Of a stretch of 64,000 nt of DNA, positions 24,293 through 38,197 are shown in pieces. The notes beneath the pieces were generated by a model, which saw only the letters and a program-made list of their open reading frames with translations, ran no database searches and had not been told where the DNA came from. This DNA comes from Eledone cirrhosa (lineage: Eukaryota): assembly GCA_964016885.1 (NCBI GenBank), contig OZ024742.1, forward strand, positions 125,674,001 to 125,738,000. Direction: 5' to 3'. The first letter of the stretch is position 1. Every line of letters starts with the position of its first letter. Made by a program: the position numbers and the translations under genes.

Positions 24293-26040
24293 TATTCTTC
24301 TGGTTTTATAATTTCACAAATTTTTACCAATAGAGAGAGAGTCGGTTTCTAACATAGACACAAGACTCTCATTGGAATTTACACAACATTTAACTAGGTA
24401 GATAGGCATTCATGCATGTGTGTGCTGGTATGGATGTTATTGTATGTATGGATGTGTATGTTTTGAGTTATATGCTTGCATGTGCATATGCTTTGTATCT
24501 GTACAAGTGTATATGAAGTTATTAGATGCAAAATTTTTGGAATGTTTTACATATTTTTACTGTTCCATTAATGGATTGTACTTGTAATTTTTACTTGTAA
24601 TAACTAGTCGTGTTCTTTCTGTTTTGGTGAAGCCCAGCTTCTCAAGATTTGTACTGAGGCAGTTACTAACATATCCCAGTGCCCCAATAATCACAGGTAT
24701 AAATCTGAAGGTATAGTCAGGGTGGAATATCTGCAGATTTCTCATTCGTTCGGCATAGATATTCTCCTTTTCGCTCATCTTTGATATCAGATTAGCATCT
24801 GCTGGGCAACTAACCTCCACTGCTGTGCATGCCTTCTTTTCCCTGTCCCATATCATTATATCTGGTCTGTTATGCCTGCACTTTATTGGGATTTTTATTG
24901 GAACATTCCACCAGCATTCTTTCATATTATGTATATGTGTCTTCCACATTGCTGTAACTTTTAATATGTTTATTATCGGGGCTATCTTTTCTACGGATTG
25001 CATTGTAAAGTGTTTTAGCCACTACATCATGCCTCATCGGCAGATAGTACCGCGATGACATCTTTGGAAAACTTCTTATGACATGGGTGACATCTTCCAT
25101 GTTAATTCTGCAGGGTGTGCACTAGTTGTCATATGTAGGTGTTTGCCTGCATCTCTATCTCTTTTGTGAATCAGGTATTTCGTGTTGATTTACTGTTCTT
25201 GGATTGCAAACGCATATCCTTCAAAGTGGGAGCCAATATAGCGGTTGTTGGTCCAAGATAGATTACTTTGTTTATCTATATTACTCTTATTCTGGAGCTT
25301 CCTGGCAACATATCCATGCATGATTTTTTGCTGATAAGCATACAGTATTTCATCCGTGGATTCACTACGGTACTGCTGGGCAACTTCCCTGAGTGTAAAT
25401 TTTTGATTATCATGCAGGGAATATCTTTCAAGGAGTTCCTTCCCAACTCTCATGATCTTATCTGTCTCATGCAGATAGACTTGCTCGATAGATGGGCTCG
25501 TAAATTTCGAGGTTCGTAATTGTCGTCGGGGGATATGATGCGACATTCAAATGCTGTCCTGTCTGGACTGATGTTAGGCCTCTGTCTCCCTGTTTACGTT
25601 TCAAGTAGAGACAGTCTATATCACTGTTGATGTGGAAGTTTCCAATGTAGTTTAGTATTTTTCGAGTCCTAACATCAAATGTTCGGATTTCGTCTATTGT
25701 CCAATCGAGTATTCCAGACGTTGGTGTTAGGAAAGGCACAGCAAACACATTGTGAGCCACTGTTTTATTATGTACAGAGAGTTCCGATAACCATATTTTT
25801 CTTAATCGGGTATAATGTTCCCTGGTTACGCGTTCCTTATTACAAATACCATTATAGGATATGTTCTCATCTATCTGTAGCAGTCCTCATCAGATATCGG
25901 TTATTTTTAGTCATATATGAACATTTATCTTGGCCAAACTCCATTCCTATATCCTTTGAGAATGTTGTAACAAGGTCAAGATTTTTCTTCATCCAATCTA
26001 TGTTCTTGGCATAGAGTTTCAGATCATCCACAAAGAAATT
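24293..26040 (-). mobile_element. 5'-truncated, degenerate R4/Dong-like non-LTR retrotransposon with restriction-like endonuclease
   Basis: Minus strand gives FFVDDLKLYAK (RT), LYLKRKQG.RGL, EGYAFAIQEQ, YLPMRHDVVAK and RPDIMIWD...VEVSCP....EKENIY (PD-(D/E)xK RLE). The 3' UTR ends in (TACA)n. Confidence 0.85.
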
Positions 26041-27707
26041 ATGTATGTTTGTATGTAGGTAGGTAGGTATGTATGGTCACTCCTGAGTGATAATGGTAAC
26101 ACGTATAACTTGTCACATGATCTGATGGTCTGTGACTAAACCAGCAACTCCGCCATGTTTGCTTGGTGAGGAGAGTGTTTTGGGACACCTTGCTGGATGA
26201 AAAACAAAACCAGACAAAGGGCGGAGGAACCTATGTGAGTCAACGGCCATCTAATAGTGTGTAAATGTGTATATATTATTGGGGTGTGTAAATATGTATA
26301 TGTTAATTTACGACTGTGCAGAACTGTAATAGATTTCATTGGTTTGCACTGGATGGACTTTCGTGGCGCCTCCGTGTAACTCAGTGTATGTCCAACATGC
26401 CACTCACCGAACTGATGACGTACAATATATGCTCATTCAAGATAAGCCCCTAGCCTCTTTCAGTTCAAAGACTGACCTGCATGGTGAAAAGCCACATTCT
26501 ACACGAGAGGCCTCTGATATGGCTATCATAGAATAGTCTTGCAAAACAGGTTGGATCCAGAGGAGTAAGCCTCGATAAAAATCCTGTTTGTCTCACATTA
26601 AGATCATGTGGTGATCATCGGTTTAATTAGATGACATCAACGTTGTGAACACCAGTAGCTTCGCAGATGGTCGATTATTAATTCGACAATAGGTTGGCAC
26701 ATCTGCTCCAGTTAGCGGGGAAATCTACGAGTATGCAAGTGTGGTGAGCCGCATATATTCTAGCCATTAGAAAAATTAAATGAATGCTTCACCTTCGAAA
26801 GAGAGATGCCTCATGTATGTGTGTATATTTGTATGTGTTCATATATATATATGTGTTACATCGTAACTCCTGATATAGTGATCAGGGGCTCTAGTGACAA
26901 ACGGCATGTGATGGGCATGTGTTGGGGTCAGGCTGACCCCAACCGATTTCTTCATGTAGAGAGTGTAATAGAGAGGAAGTGAGGGAAGAGATATAGAAGA
27001 GGATTCCATCCCATTACAGGATTGGAACTTTTTTTAACTACCTCAATTGGATGAAAGGAAAAATTGATCTCGACCGATTTTGAACTTAGAGCACAGAATG
27101 GGAACGATTACAGCAAAGCATTCTTTATAAATGCATTTTGTATATTTTCCAAAAGAAAAAACAATTCAATAAATACTTATTATCGGAGTTTCAACCCTTT
27201 CATGTCGTTTTTTAATATTAAAAGCGCCCCTAGTGGGACTTTGTGTCTACAAATTGCCTAGATAATAACAGTTAAACGAAGTATTTCAACTTATAATAAT
27301 ATATATATATATGTGACCCTGCCGTATTTGGATTTAGTATGCTAGACGTTCTCCACACACCCACACGCAAACACACACTCAGATACACAAAAATACGCTC
27401 GCACATTTTCATACACATGTACGCATATGTGCGTGTGTGGATATGTGCGTTCATTTTAGTGACTATATGAGAAAACCCACTTGTGAAGATGTATATGAAT
27501 ACACAGAAACTCGATGATTTATTTTTATAGACGCAAATTTTTCATATATGTGTCTGAACGCATTCCCTGTGTTAATATGTATGTGAATGTGTATGTATGT
27601 ATATATGCATGTATACATGTATGCATGTTTTGCATGCATACATACATGTATGTTTTATGTATGAATGTGTATATATATATATATATGTATATATATAATC
27701 ATGTATG

Positions 27708-27783
<76 letters not shown>

Positions 27784-27984
27784 ACTAGAAATTGATTAAC
27801 ATATATATAAACATAAATAATCACAGGAGATAATTTTTACAAGTGTGTAACCACACATAGCTAGGTGGGTAACTAAATAAAGTTGACTAGAACTTCAAAA
27901 ATAGATACCTTATAATATGATTAATCTTCACTGTATATATTCTATTAAAGAAATATATTTCACCAATTAATCAGATGGTAAATC

Positions 27985-29354
27985 ACGGAAGTGGATATGA
28001 TCTTCTCAGCTAGACAGCTCCAGGAGAAGTGCATGGAACAAGGCTTGGATCTGTATCAGGTTTTTGTCGATCTGACAAAAGCTTTCGATACTGTTAACAG
28101 AGATGCATTATGGAAGGTTCTCCAGAAACTTGGTTGCCCTGATAAGTTCCTTGCTTTAGTTAGGTCTTTCCATGACGACATGAAGGCTTGGGTTAATGTC
28201 GGAGGTAACATGTCGAAGCCTATCTCAGTAAAAAATGGAGTGAAACAGGGGGATATTCCAGCACCGACCCTGTTTGCCATATACTTTGCGTCATGTACGA
28301 ACCTACCCCTGGTAAGCAGTACACTGAACCAAATATCTATGTGTATGGTAAACGACTTGGAGTGGTTGATCAGTTTGTCTACCTGGGAAGCACTGTCATT
28401 CGATACAGCAACCTTGACAGTGAAATCTCACTTAGGATTAGGAAAGCAAGTGATGCTTTCGCAAAGCTATATAGGCGACTCTGGGGTCGGCGAGACATAT
28501 GCAGGAGGACAAATGTAAAGGTGTACAAGGCATGTGTGCTCTCTTGTCTTCTTTATGCCTGCGAGACCTGGTTCACATATCGACACCAACTTAAGCAATT
28601 GGAGCGTTTCCATCAGATGTGTCTCAGACGGATCCAGGGCCTTCACTGGAGGGACCACATCAGTGATGTCTATATTATGGAAAGCTCTATGTGTGACAGT
28701 ATAGAAGCTCTTGTGCTTAAGCAACGACTCCGTTGGAGTGGTCACCTTGCCAGGATGAAGGATTCTAAAATACCAAAACAACTCTTTTATGGAGAGTTGG
28801 TTAAAGGAAAACGACCGCCACATAAACCAAAAAAGAGGTATAAGGATTCCTTGAAAGCCTCTTTGAAAGACGCTAACATCTCTGCTGATACATGGGAAAA
28901 TATTGCTGCTGATCGTAATAAATGGAGAAAGACTGTATATGAGGGAAAAGTTGCCTTTGAGGCATCTCGAATCGCATACGAGAAAGTAAAGCGGGATGTG
29001 AGGAAGGACATTTCTGTTGCACTTCCAGACGGCGAGGGTCCTCCTATGGTGCTGACATGCAGCGTCTGTGCGAGACTCTGCCTCAGCAAAGCTGGACTCG
29101 AAAGTCATCTTCGCAGTCATAAAGTAAGACCAGTGGTTGACTACCAGGCTGCTGTTGGAGATGCTACTCATCATGCTTTCCAAACATGTGGTAGAGAATG
29201 TAAATCAGCAGGAGGGCTCAAGCGACATGCAAAAGTACATGAATTCCAACCACAGCCGACTATTCCCAGTGAATATTTTGGTTGCCGACTCTGTGCAAGA
29301 CATTTTAGATCATTGGCTGGGCTAAAAAGCCACATTCGATCGCAGCGCTGTTAG
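27985..29354 (+). mobile_element. RTE-clade LINE 3' part: RT with internal deletion and C-terminal C2H2 fingers
   Basis: DMIFSARQLQEKC, FVDLTKAFDTV, GVKQG..APTLF, F.YLGS, LLYACETW, RLRWSGH, then three Zn-finger-like repeats. (GT)n follows. Confidence 0.9.
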
Positions 29355-29539
29355 TTGCTATCGTGTGTGTGTGTGTGTGTGTGTGTATAGATATGTTTAT
29401 GTGTGTGCGTGTATGTGTATATATATATATGTATATGTATATTATTATTGTTGTTGTCGTTATTATTATTGTTGTTATTATTATTATTATTGTTATTAAT
29501 GTATATGTGTGTGTGTATATATATATGTGTGTGTATATG

Positions 29540-29582
<43 letters not shown>

Positions 29583-29780
29583 CTTTTTTTTATTTTTATT
29601 TAATTTTTATTTATTTATTAATTTTTTTTTTCTCCTCGTGCGATGGCCATACTCGATAACGAGGGGGCAGCCATCATATACGTATATATGAATGTGTTAA
29701 TATGTATGTGAATATTTACATATGTATATATTTATGTATACATGTATGCATGCATGCATAAATGTATGTTTTATGTATGA

Positions 29781-29831
<51 letters not shown>

Positions 29832-30397
29832 TGTATGTATATGCATGTATTTATGTATATATGTATATATTTATGTAAACATGTATGTATGAATGTATAC
29901 ATTTATGTACGGATATATGAATGTATGTATGCATACATTTACGTGTTTAAGTATGTATACACGTATGTATGCATGTATACATGTATGTTTTTATGCATGT
30001 ATGTATGTATGCATATATGTATGTACGTAAATGAGTATGTGTAGGCACATATGTGTGTGTCATTCACTCCCTTACTCATTAACATGAAACTTTGAAACAA
30101 GTATTACTTCCAATAGGAATTCTACTTTATTTTGTGAGGTTTTAAATGTAATTATCAACGCAAGCCGATCTATCATCCCATGCGTACGAGACATGTATTC
30201 TATGTATATGTCTATAAATGTATTGGTACATGTGTGTTTAAGTAAGTGTGTTTGAGTGTGGATGTGTCTTAAGTGTGTTCATAAATATAAAATAACAATA
30301 ATGAATAATACATCAACACACATTATATACACATATTCTCGGCATATATCCCCATAAATATATATACATTCATATATACATACATATATATATATAC

Positions 30398-30484
<87 letters not shown>

Positions 30485-30682
30485 TATATATATATATATA
30501 TACACATATATACACATATACACATATATATATACAAATATATATATGTATACATATATATGCACATATATATATACTGACACACATATATATATATACA
30601 TATATATATACATATATATATACATATATATATATGTGTGTGTATATATGTATATATATATGTATATATATGTCTACATATG

Positions 30683-30723
<41 letters not shown>

Positions 30724-32439
30724 CACTTATGATTTATAGGCGTAATTAAACAACTGATTGCTTAAATGTGATTGCTTTTTATATCTGTTTCGTCTTATGT
30801 TTTTTCTTTTCGATATGTGATTTTGTGTTACTTATATTGTTGAATATAGAAGCCTGCATGGTTGTATGTGCATTTAATACGTGACGTATGCAAGAAGAGG
30901 TGTGTATTCGCCAGTAAATACTGTAAAGGACTCTTCTAATCACTTGTCTATTTGAAAAGCCATCTCTATCGATCGACAAGGCAGTCAGAACGTTAAAATA
31001 CAAGTTTGTTTTACAGCAAAATAATTATTCTTGTTTTTAATTTATTTTGTTTTTACAGAAGCATTTATTTTGTTTTTTGTTTATTTTTGTTTTTGAATTT
31101 TTCATCTTATGAGTCATGAAAGTATAGCACCCTGGCAACAGTAATGTTACGTCTATATTCTGTTTCGTTGGTCACAAGAAGATAATAACTGATATATACT
31201 TTTAAAATATATCTACCCTCTGCAGGTATACTGTTATAAGTACCTTTCGTGGTATCATCGACAAAAAAGTTCTTGTTTAGAATGATAACTTGTCATGTAT
31301 TTCTATTGTAATCTTTTTTTGTTTATGTATCGCTATGTTAAATTTCTCCCCATTTATGTAGCAGCACAATATTTTCGTTACATCCAAACTTCTTCAAAGA
31401 TTCGTTATGAAATTTAGCCACAAAATCGACTGTGTCAATGCTTCACTTACAAATTCCTTCAATTATGTTGATTTGCATTTTGGTGAGGCACACAAATATT
31501 ATACTTTATAAAATGAAGAAGTGTGTTCAAACAATCATACATTTCTGAGAACATTTATGTATAAATATATTGGATTCATCTCCACTCACAATACAACACT
31601 GAATGGTGATGTTCTGACTCTGAAGATATTATTAATTCCTGTTCAAGTTACCTATTAGAATGGTTCTTTTATATTCATGATGTCGTAAACCTGAACATGT
31701 TCATTATTCAATATAGATTCTCCATTTATTCTATCTACGGAAAATTACATTACCAGATCCGATCATTCCACAAGCAATACCCAAAAAAGTAGTTAAACAT
31801 GTGACTACAAGCTAGGGAAACGCCTGCCAATCTAATAGTACTCTAGTTATTTTAACTTAGTCTTCGCTACCTGAGACCTTGGACAGCTAAGTTGACATAA
31901 CCATTTCAGATGTTAAAAAACTTAACACTAGCAACAACACGCGAACTCCTGATCAAAAGGGTATTTTTCTGGTACCCTATTCAACAAGACATCTCTGGTC
32001 TTAACTAAGATATACAAGTCTATAAACACTGAGCCAACTAGACAGAGCATCTACGTTGTTCTTCAACTTGCTAGAAAGGGCAACTAATTCTTTCTCAATT
32101 AACTTCTTGTCTTAACAAAATATTTCATAATATGATCCTTTATACATTCCTTAAACACAAAGAATACAGCATGTTCACTGTGCTGGGAAAGCCTTTCAGC
32201 ATAGATTTGCTTGTGCTTGGTGCTAATCAACAACTATATAAAGATCTTGGTGCCAGCATATGTGAAAGTTTCAATAAAATTAAGACAGGAAGTATTTTTT
32301 TTAAATATATTAATATTATCTAGATATAAAACAAAAGAAAAGTTCTGAGAAATAAAACCCTCTTGTCTTAAGAAAGAATGAACACATTGACAAATTGCAT
32401 GCAATAATAGAATGCTATGGTCACCGTAGTAGATTACGG

Positions 32440-32660
32440 CGTTTCTATAAGGTCTGAACACAGAAAGTTTCTCTCCAGGTCTGAACACAGAAACTTTCTT
32501 CCAGAGAAGGATTGGAAGTATGAGACAGGAAGGGAGAAAGAGGAAGAATATAAAGGACGAATCGACTCCAGTAATAGACCTCGAAAGGATGAAAGGGAAA
32601 GTTGACGACTTTCGCAAAAGTCTTAGATAAAAAAAAGACGTATTGGGAACAGATGGAACG
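32440..32660 (-). mobile_element. Degenerate SINE with composite 3' part
   Basis: Reverse complement of the GTCAACTTT.CCTTTCATCCTTT.CGAGG core and the GAAA..TCTGTGTTCAGAC 3' block seen at 45118-45420. Confidence 0.55.
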
Positions 32661-34822
32661 TCTTTGATCATAGATCTGCCCAGAGCTGAAAATAAGCTAA
32701 ACATCAACACCAAACTAAGGAGGAGAACCCAACGCAATGAGCGAACGTCTATGTGGAAGTTTATCTAAACATGGAAATCTCTATGGGACCAAATGTGGTT
32801 TTAGATACACTTTTGGCGAGATGCACAATGTATGAAATAAATGCTTGAATGATCACAACTGCAATTCATTGAATTGTAGGTCTGTTCGGCCTTGGACTAT
32901 TAGAAAGCTAAACAACGCCATAACAACAACGTAAAAATGACGAATAACTTTATTGCTACAGTAACGGATATCCATCTGAAAAGCTTTTCACGTCCTTACA
33001 TCGGCACTGTCTAGTCTCCATAGACAAGTAACCTGAACTTGAAATCAACCATTACCTATTCTGAACATTCTTAACTAGGTGATAAAAATTTGCCGTAAAA
33101 AGTGTCACCCCTTTTTTTGTCAGCAAAGTTTTGAAAATGATCGGATTTTCGAGCTAATATGCCCTAAATTCTTAACATGACGGAGAAGTCATTTCCTTGT
33201 TAGGTTCAAACTTCTCTAAATGCTACATATTGCATTTTGTTTGTTGAACCAATGAAAGAGACTCTATACATTTACCTGGCCTGATATAATTAGCAAACAA
33301 ATATTATTCAGAGTTCATAAATTAGTCCTGAATATACCATGTCAGAATAAGAAGCAGGATAGTCACTGCTTGCATATCGGAAGAACAGTGAAAATGTGAC
33401 CCAGTAACGATCAATGAAAGAAACAATCCAACACTAGAATTCAAAGTAATGACATGCACTAATGCTTCAATGGCTCTAAAAACCTACATTCCATGGTTAC
33501 ATAGATACAATTAAGCAACATCATGTACTAAAGCTTTTACACAAATCAAAAACCATTCACAAACAAACACATAGCAACAGTAATATGTATATAAACAATA
33601 AGTACCGATACTATTTCACTTCTCAATTCTACTGCTGTGCGTACAATACACCAGTATACAAGTTAATAGCATAAACATTACATACAAAACGATTCCACAG
33701 AACAAAAATTAAATGATTAAAAATCACTTTTCTATATTTAAAAGCATTATCACCAGATATGACATTTGTGTTACAGAAGCTGAGTCAAAATGATTTCAAG
33801 GAAAACAAACTAATTATCTCAGCCCTAACTACATCCCTGTACGATATGTCAAAAAATGCCATGAAGCTAGAATACAAACTACACATAAAAATAGAGTATG
33901 GAAGTGTACATTTAAAGTCAAAACCAATAATGCGTTGCACATTAATTGCACAATAATACGTTGCACATTATGTCACAATTCTTCAAAACATGCATATAAA
34001 ATATCGCTTTAACGCTACTCCAAGTGCCATCAAGGAGGAATCTTATATGCACACAACTTATCCTAGTACAAATCAATACTCATAACATATTACCAACATA
34101 TCTGGATGCCTCCTCTTACATGCTAAATAACACATCAACTCTAGCACATGCCTCCCCAACCCCAAATTAATAACAAGGACAATTTCCATTTAACACTAGT
34201 CATCTAACCACCATAACTACGGGGCAGTCATTACTCAATTTCTTCTCAACACAGCAACATAACATTCGCTCAACACTGGATAAAACAAAAGTGTGCTGAA
34301 CAATCAATTGTGTTAAAAACAAAGTCAGAACCGATCAAGGTTAGAAAAATTCAATATTGCAACAATCATTAAAATTCAATCTGTAATACAATATATTCAA
34401 CAGCCTAATCCTACACCTAGTCCCCTAACGTAAACTGCAATGTAGCATTAAATCACAAGTGATATATACAAGAATAACGAGAGACAACCTAAAATGCAAT
34501 TTATCATCGCCACTCACAGCAGTTATAAAATCCAACATCACGATCCAAGTGAATATCTGATTGATGGCTCTACGTTATAGAGCTAGTATCTAAACTGATG
34601 GCTCTACGTTATAGAGCTAGTATCCAAATTCACTTCACGCCCACACATAAACAAGGAATGTCGCATAGAATAATATTGGCCATGATACTCAAAGCCGTAT
34701 TACAGATATAATAAGTATCATTGAGCTGTGTTTGATTTTAAGCTTGCTGGATCAAATCCAACTTCGGGCTAAGCATCAAACCTAAGCATCAAACAACTAA
34801 TGAAGGAAATTGTTTCTTATTT

Positions 34823-35000
34823 AGGTACAAGGACAACAATTTTTGTGAGACAGGAAAGTCGACCCCAGTGCATTATTGGTGCTTCATGTTTATCAACTCC
34901 GAAAGGATGAAAGGTAAAGCTAGCCTCAGCATGATTTTAACTCAGAACGTAAAAAAGTAGTGCTCCCGAAACTCTACCGATACTACCAATTCACCGCCCT
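34823..35000 (-). mobile_element. tRNA-derived SINE (10306 family)
   Basis: Reverse complement begins AGGGCGGTGAATTGGTAGTATCGGTAGAG and carries the CCTTTCATCCTTTCGGAG core. Confidence 0.8.
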
Positions 35001-35684
35001 GAGAACTACAGAAGGAAATAACAAATAAATGTAACAAAAGAAAGAGAAACTATAAAAGGTTCTTGCCAATGTAAACCACAAAACAAACAGTAAAACATTA
35101 CATGAAATAATTAGAAATACGAACAACAAAAACTACGCCACACTATATGAAGATAATTTTAAATAAAATACACACACTCCAAAAGTATGAAAACTCCCTT
35201 ATTAGATCATTCTCAAACATATCCTCCTCTCCGTCAAAAAGAAAAAAATAGAAAACCAGAAATGTATTAGAGGAATACATAAAGTTAATTGTGTACATTC
35301 GATCTAACCCATGAATTAGTACATTCTTTCCATCAGATTCTAGAAAATCTATGCTAAAAGCCTACACCTCAAAGCCCTGTGGTTTGCGAAACTACAAACA
35401 TACAACTTAGCACATAAGGATTGAAAGTATCAAAATGCAATATTACAATTGCAAACACTGTTCTGGGATGTACACCACAAATAATGAGTTTATAGCAATA
35501 ACGACCGTACCACTTTGAATGTAGCCATTTAACCCACCTCATCTGAGGCCACAGATATTGAAGTATATATAGTGTATGATTAGACAACAACTTTTTACTT
35601 CATAGGATTATAAAAAGCACGTCGAAGTGTTCGGCATGGTCCGCATTTAGTTAGAGTTTCGATATATGTAGAACAATATATCTG

Positions 35685-35990
35685 TGTTAAAACGTCGGAT
35701 AGAATGCTTTGTGGGGTTCATTCTGGCTGTCTGCTCTCTGAGTTAAAATACTGCCGAGGTCAACTTTGCCTGTCATCTTTTCGAGGTGGATAATAAAATA
35801 CCAGTCTAGTACTGAGGTTGATTATTCTATTATATCTCTTTCTCACTTCCTTTCTCTCCTCTGGAAGAAATCTGCTGTAGTCAGGCATGTAGACAGATGA
35901 GCTCTCTCAGGCTTAAAATGCCGAAGAAACGCTGAATGCCATTACTGCACCCCTCCGACTCCATCAGGAGTTACGAGACCATATCATATA
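35685..35990 (+). mobile_element. SINE with composite 3' extension
   Basis: CGTCGGATAGAATGCTTTGTGG...GAGGTCAACTTTGCC core; collinear with 45118-45420. Confidence 0.7.
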
Positions 35991-36454
35991 TGTGTGTTAC
36001 CTAGCTGTTCGGCCGACTTCCAGCGTGTCATAAGTCTGTTCAACAACAAACTTTTATTCGAAAAATGTAGTTCGCCACAATAGCCAATCAAAGAACCTCA
36101 CTGAATATGAAACTGTGAAGATCAATACATGATCAGTGTTTATGTGATCAATATTCGATTATTTATGTCTTGCCTGGTTCTATACTGACAAATATCTCCC
36201 AGTTATTGATCACTTTATCAACGTTATATTAATTATAACTTTATGCTATCAACCACACATCTCTAAATCATTTTTTCTATACACCATTAAGCTCTTCAAT
36301 TACACCAAGCTATAAACAGGCTAACGAGGTAGCCGTTATGATGTCGCTCGATCAGCTAAACATTGTAGTTTAATCCCTCAAACGAAATGGACACATTGAA
36401 TAATTTAATATGCAATAAAGATGAGCTGTAAGAACAATTAGATAAAATAATCCG

Positions 36455-36665
36455 AGGTACTTGTCTATGGAAAACATTTCATTTCACTTTGCCCCAGTAT
36501 ACTCAGCTGATAACGTGTACCAGCAATAGCTGGGGCTTTGACCTTGTGGTGGACTGGCGTCCTGTCTAGGGGGGAGCCTTGTACTCTCAATCGCTTCATG
36601 CTACGGAAACCGAGATAAGCACCGCCTGTGAACCTCCGGACTCGAGGCAGACTTTCTACTTTTAC
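36455..36665 (+). mobile_element. SINE body and 3' fragment
   Basis: GGACTGGCGTCCTGTCTAGGGG..CGCTTCATGCTACGGAAACCGAGATAAGC; similar to the 3' part of the 16577 SINE. Confidence 0.6.
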
Positions 36666-37469
36666 TTGTCTATGATAGTTACTTCGGACTTAATTAATAG
36701 GTGATTCAAGATGATTTTTACTACAGTCATGGATTGACCTAAGAATTGAAAATGAAATTCAGGAGTCCTTCAGTAAAACTACAAATATTTTCACATTGAA
36801 TCTCCCTGATAGGTACCTTAGTAGTATCTATGAAAAGCTCAGCCACTTACACGTTAATTTAAAGAATAGTCTCACTTCATCAAATATCGTAGTGCCCACT
36901 TTTAATGTGTTTTAATGTAGAAGGCGCCACTGGGGATGTTTTCTTTTAAGTTAACACGACACTCAATGGTCCTTCAGTAAAACTATATTTTCTTTTGTCA
37001 TTCTAAAATGTGGCACTGACGGTTAATCAATGTTTCGCTAATGATGTCCTGTAAAATCGAAACCTATATGTAGTTATCACCATACTTGCAGAAATTACAT
37101 TCCACCACGACTGTTTATTATGTTTAACTCATTTAAATTCCTACCTGTCTCACCTGCATTTTCTAACTGGAATCAATCATTCATATGATAATTTTCTACT
37201 CCTACCTTCAGGTACAATTGTAAATAATTAACATTTGTCGGGTCACTGTATTTGTTACACTCCACTTCACTATATACTACTCTATTTACCAAAGAATTCT
37301 GTTGTGTTCAGACTTGGTGAGGGTTGGGCTCCGCTATGTTTAAAACGCCCAACACACACCGTCAATCAAGACGGCTTCCCTATGACTTCAAAAGGAAATA
37401 AGTTCCCTTTCTTTTCCATACTAATTTTGGTATTCCTGGGTATTTTAAAACCTGGCGGAGATCATCTCC

Positions 37470-37521
37470 TCTCCAGGTCTGAATACAGCAGATTTCGTCC
37501 AGAGAAGGAGAAAGAGGGAGA

Positions 37522-37589
<68 letters not shown>

Positions 37590-37766
37590 GAAAGATATAG
37601 AAGAACAAACAATCCCAGTTCTAGACTGGTATACTTTTAACGATCTCAAAAATATCAAAGGCAAAGCTGGCCTCAGCGATATTTGAAGACAGTGCGCAGA
37701 GAGCTGGACCGAATACTGCATATCATTTTATCCGACATTCTAACGACCCTGCCCATTCGCCGCATT
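37470..37766 (-). mobile_element. SINE with internal (TC)n expansion
   Basis: Reverse complement has a GCGGCGAATGGGCAG head, TCGGATAAAATG, GAGGCCAGCTTTGCCTTT core and GAAATCTGCTGTATTCAGAC 3' block. Confidence 0.65.
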
Positions 37767-37785
37767 TACATACTACATACATTAC

Positions 37786-38197
37786 CAGTGTTTCCCACAC
37801 TTATTTTGTGGCACAACCCTTATACGAATTTCTAAAAATCACAGAATGTTTACCAATATTGTACAGACTATTTCTACCACCTTTATTTTAATAAACGATT
37901 AAATGAAACAAAAATTGTTTTAGAGAGAGAATTTATCAATATATCTAAAAAAAAACTAAAAAAAACATAATTTTATAAAAATTTTATAAAAGACTCCTTA
38001 TCGCCGGCTACCCCAGTATGTTCTTATATGTGCATGTGTGTGTGTTTGCGTGTGTATGCGTGCATGTGTTTGTATATGTGTGTATGTGCATGTGTGTGTG
38101 GTTATGTGTGCATGTATTGTTTGTGTGTGTGTGTGTGTATGTGTGTGTGTAGTATGAAACACTGGAATTTTCTCAGAACCCAGTTTGAATAACACTG
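37786..38197. mobile_element. Probable hAT/Charlie-like MITE
   Basis: Imperfect terminal inverted repeats CAGTGTTTCCCACA ... TTTGAATAACACTG; no 8-bp TSD could be identified. Confidence 0.45.

Noticed and set aside
27940-27980. Minus-strand CTGATTA..GAAATATA possible hammerhead remnant
   Set aside because: Core deviates from CUGANGA and the stems are not convincing.
31652-33330. Small AG..GT-bounded minus-strand segments (31652-31690, ~33277-33328) as possible host exons
   Set aside because: Too short and without a recognisable protein; such signals occur by chance in AT-rich DNA.
34562-34628. 34-bp tandem duplication with GCTCTA/TAGAGC hairpin
   Set aside because: Only two units; consistent with simple slippage duplication.
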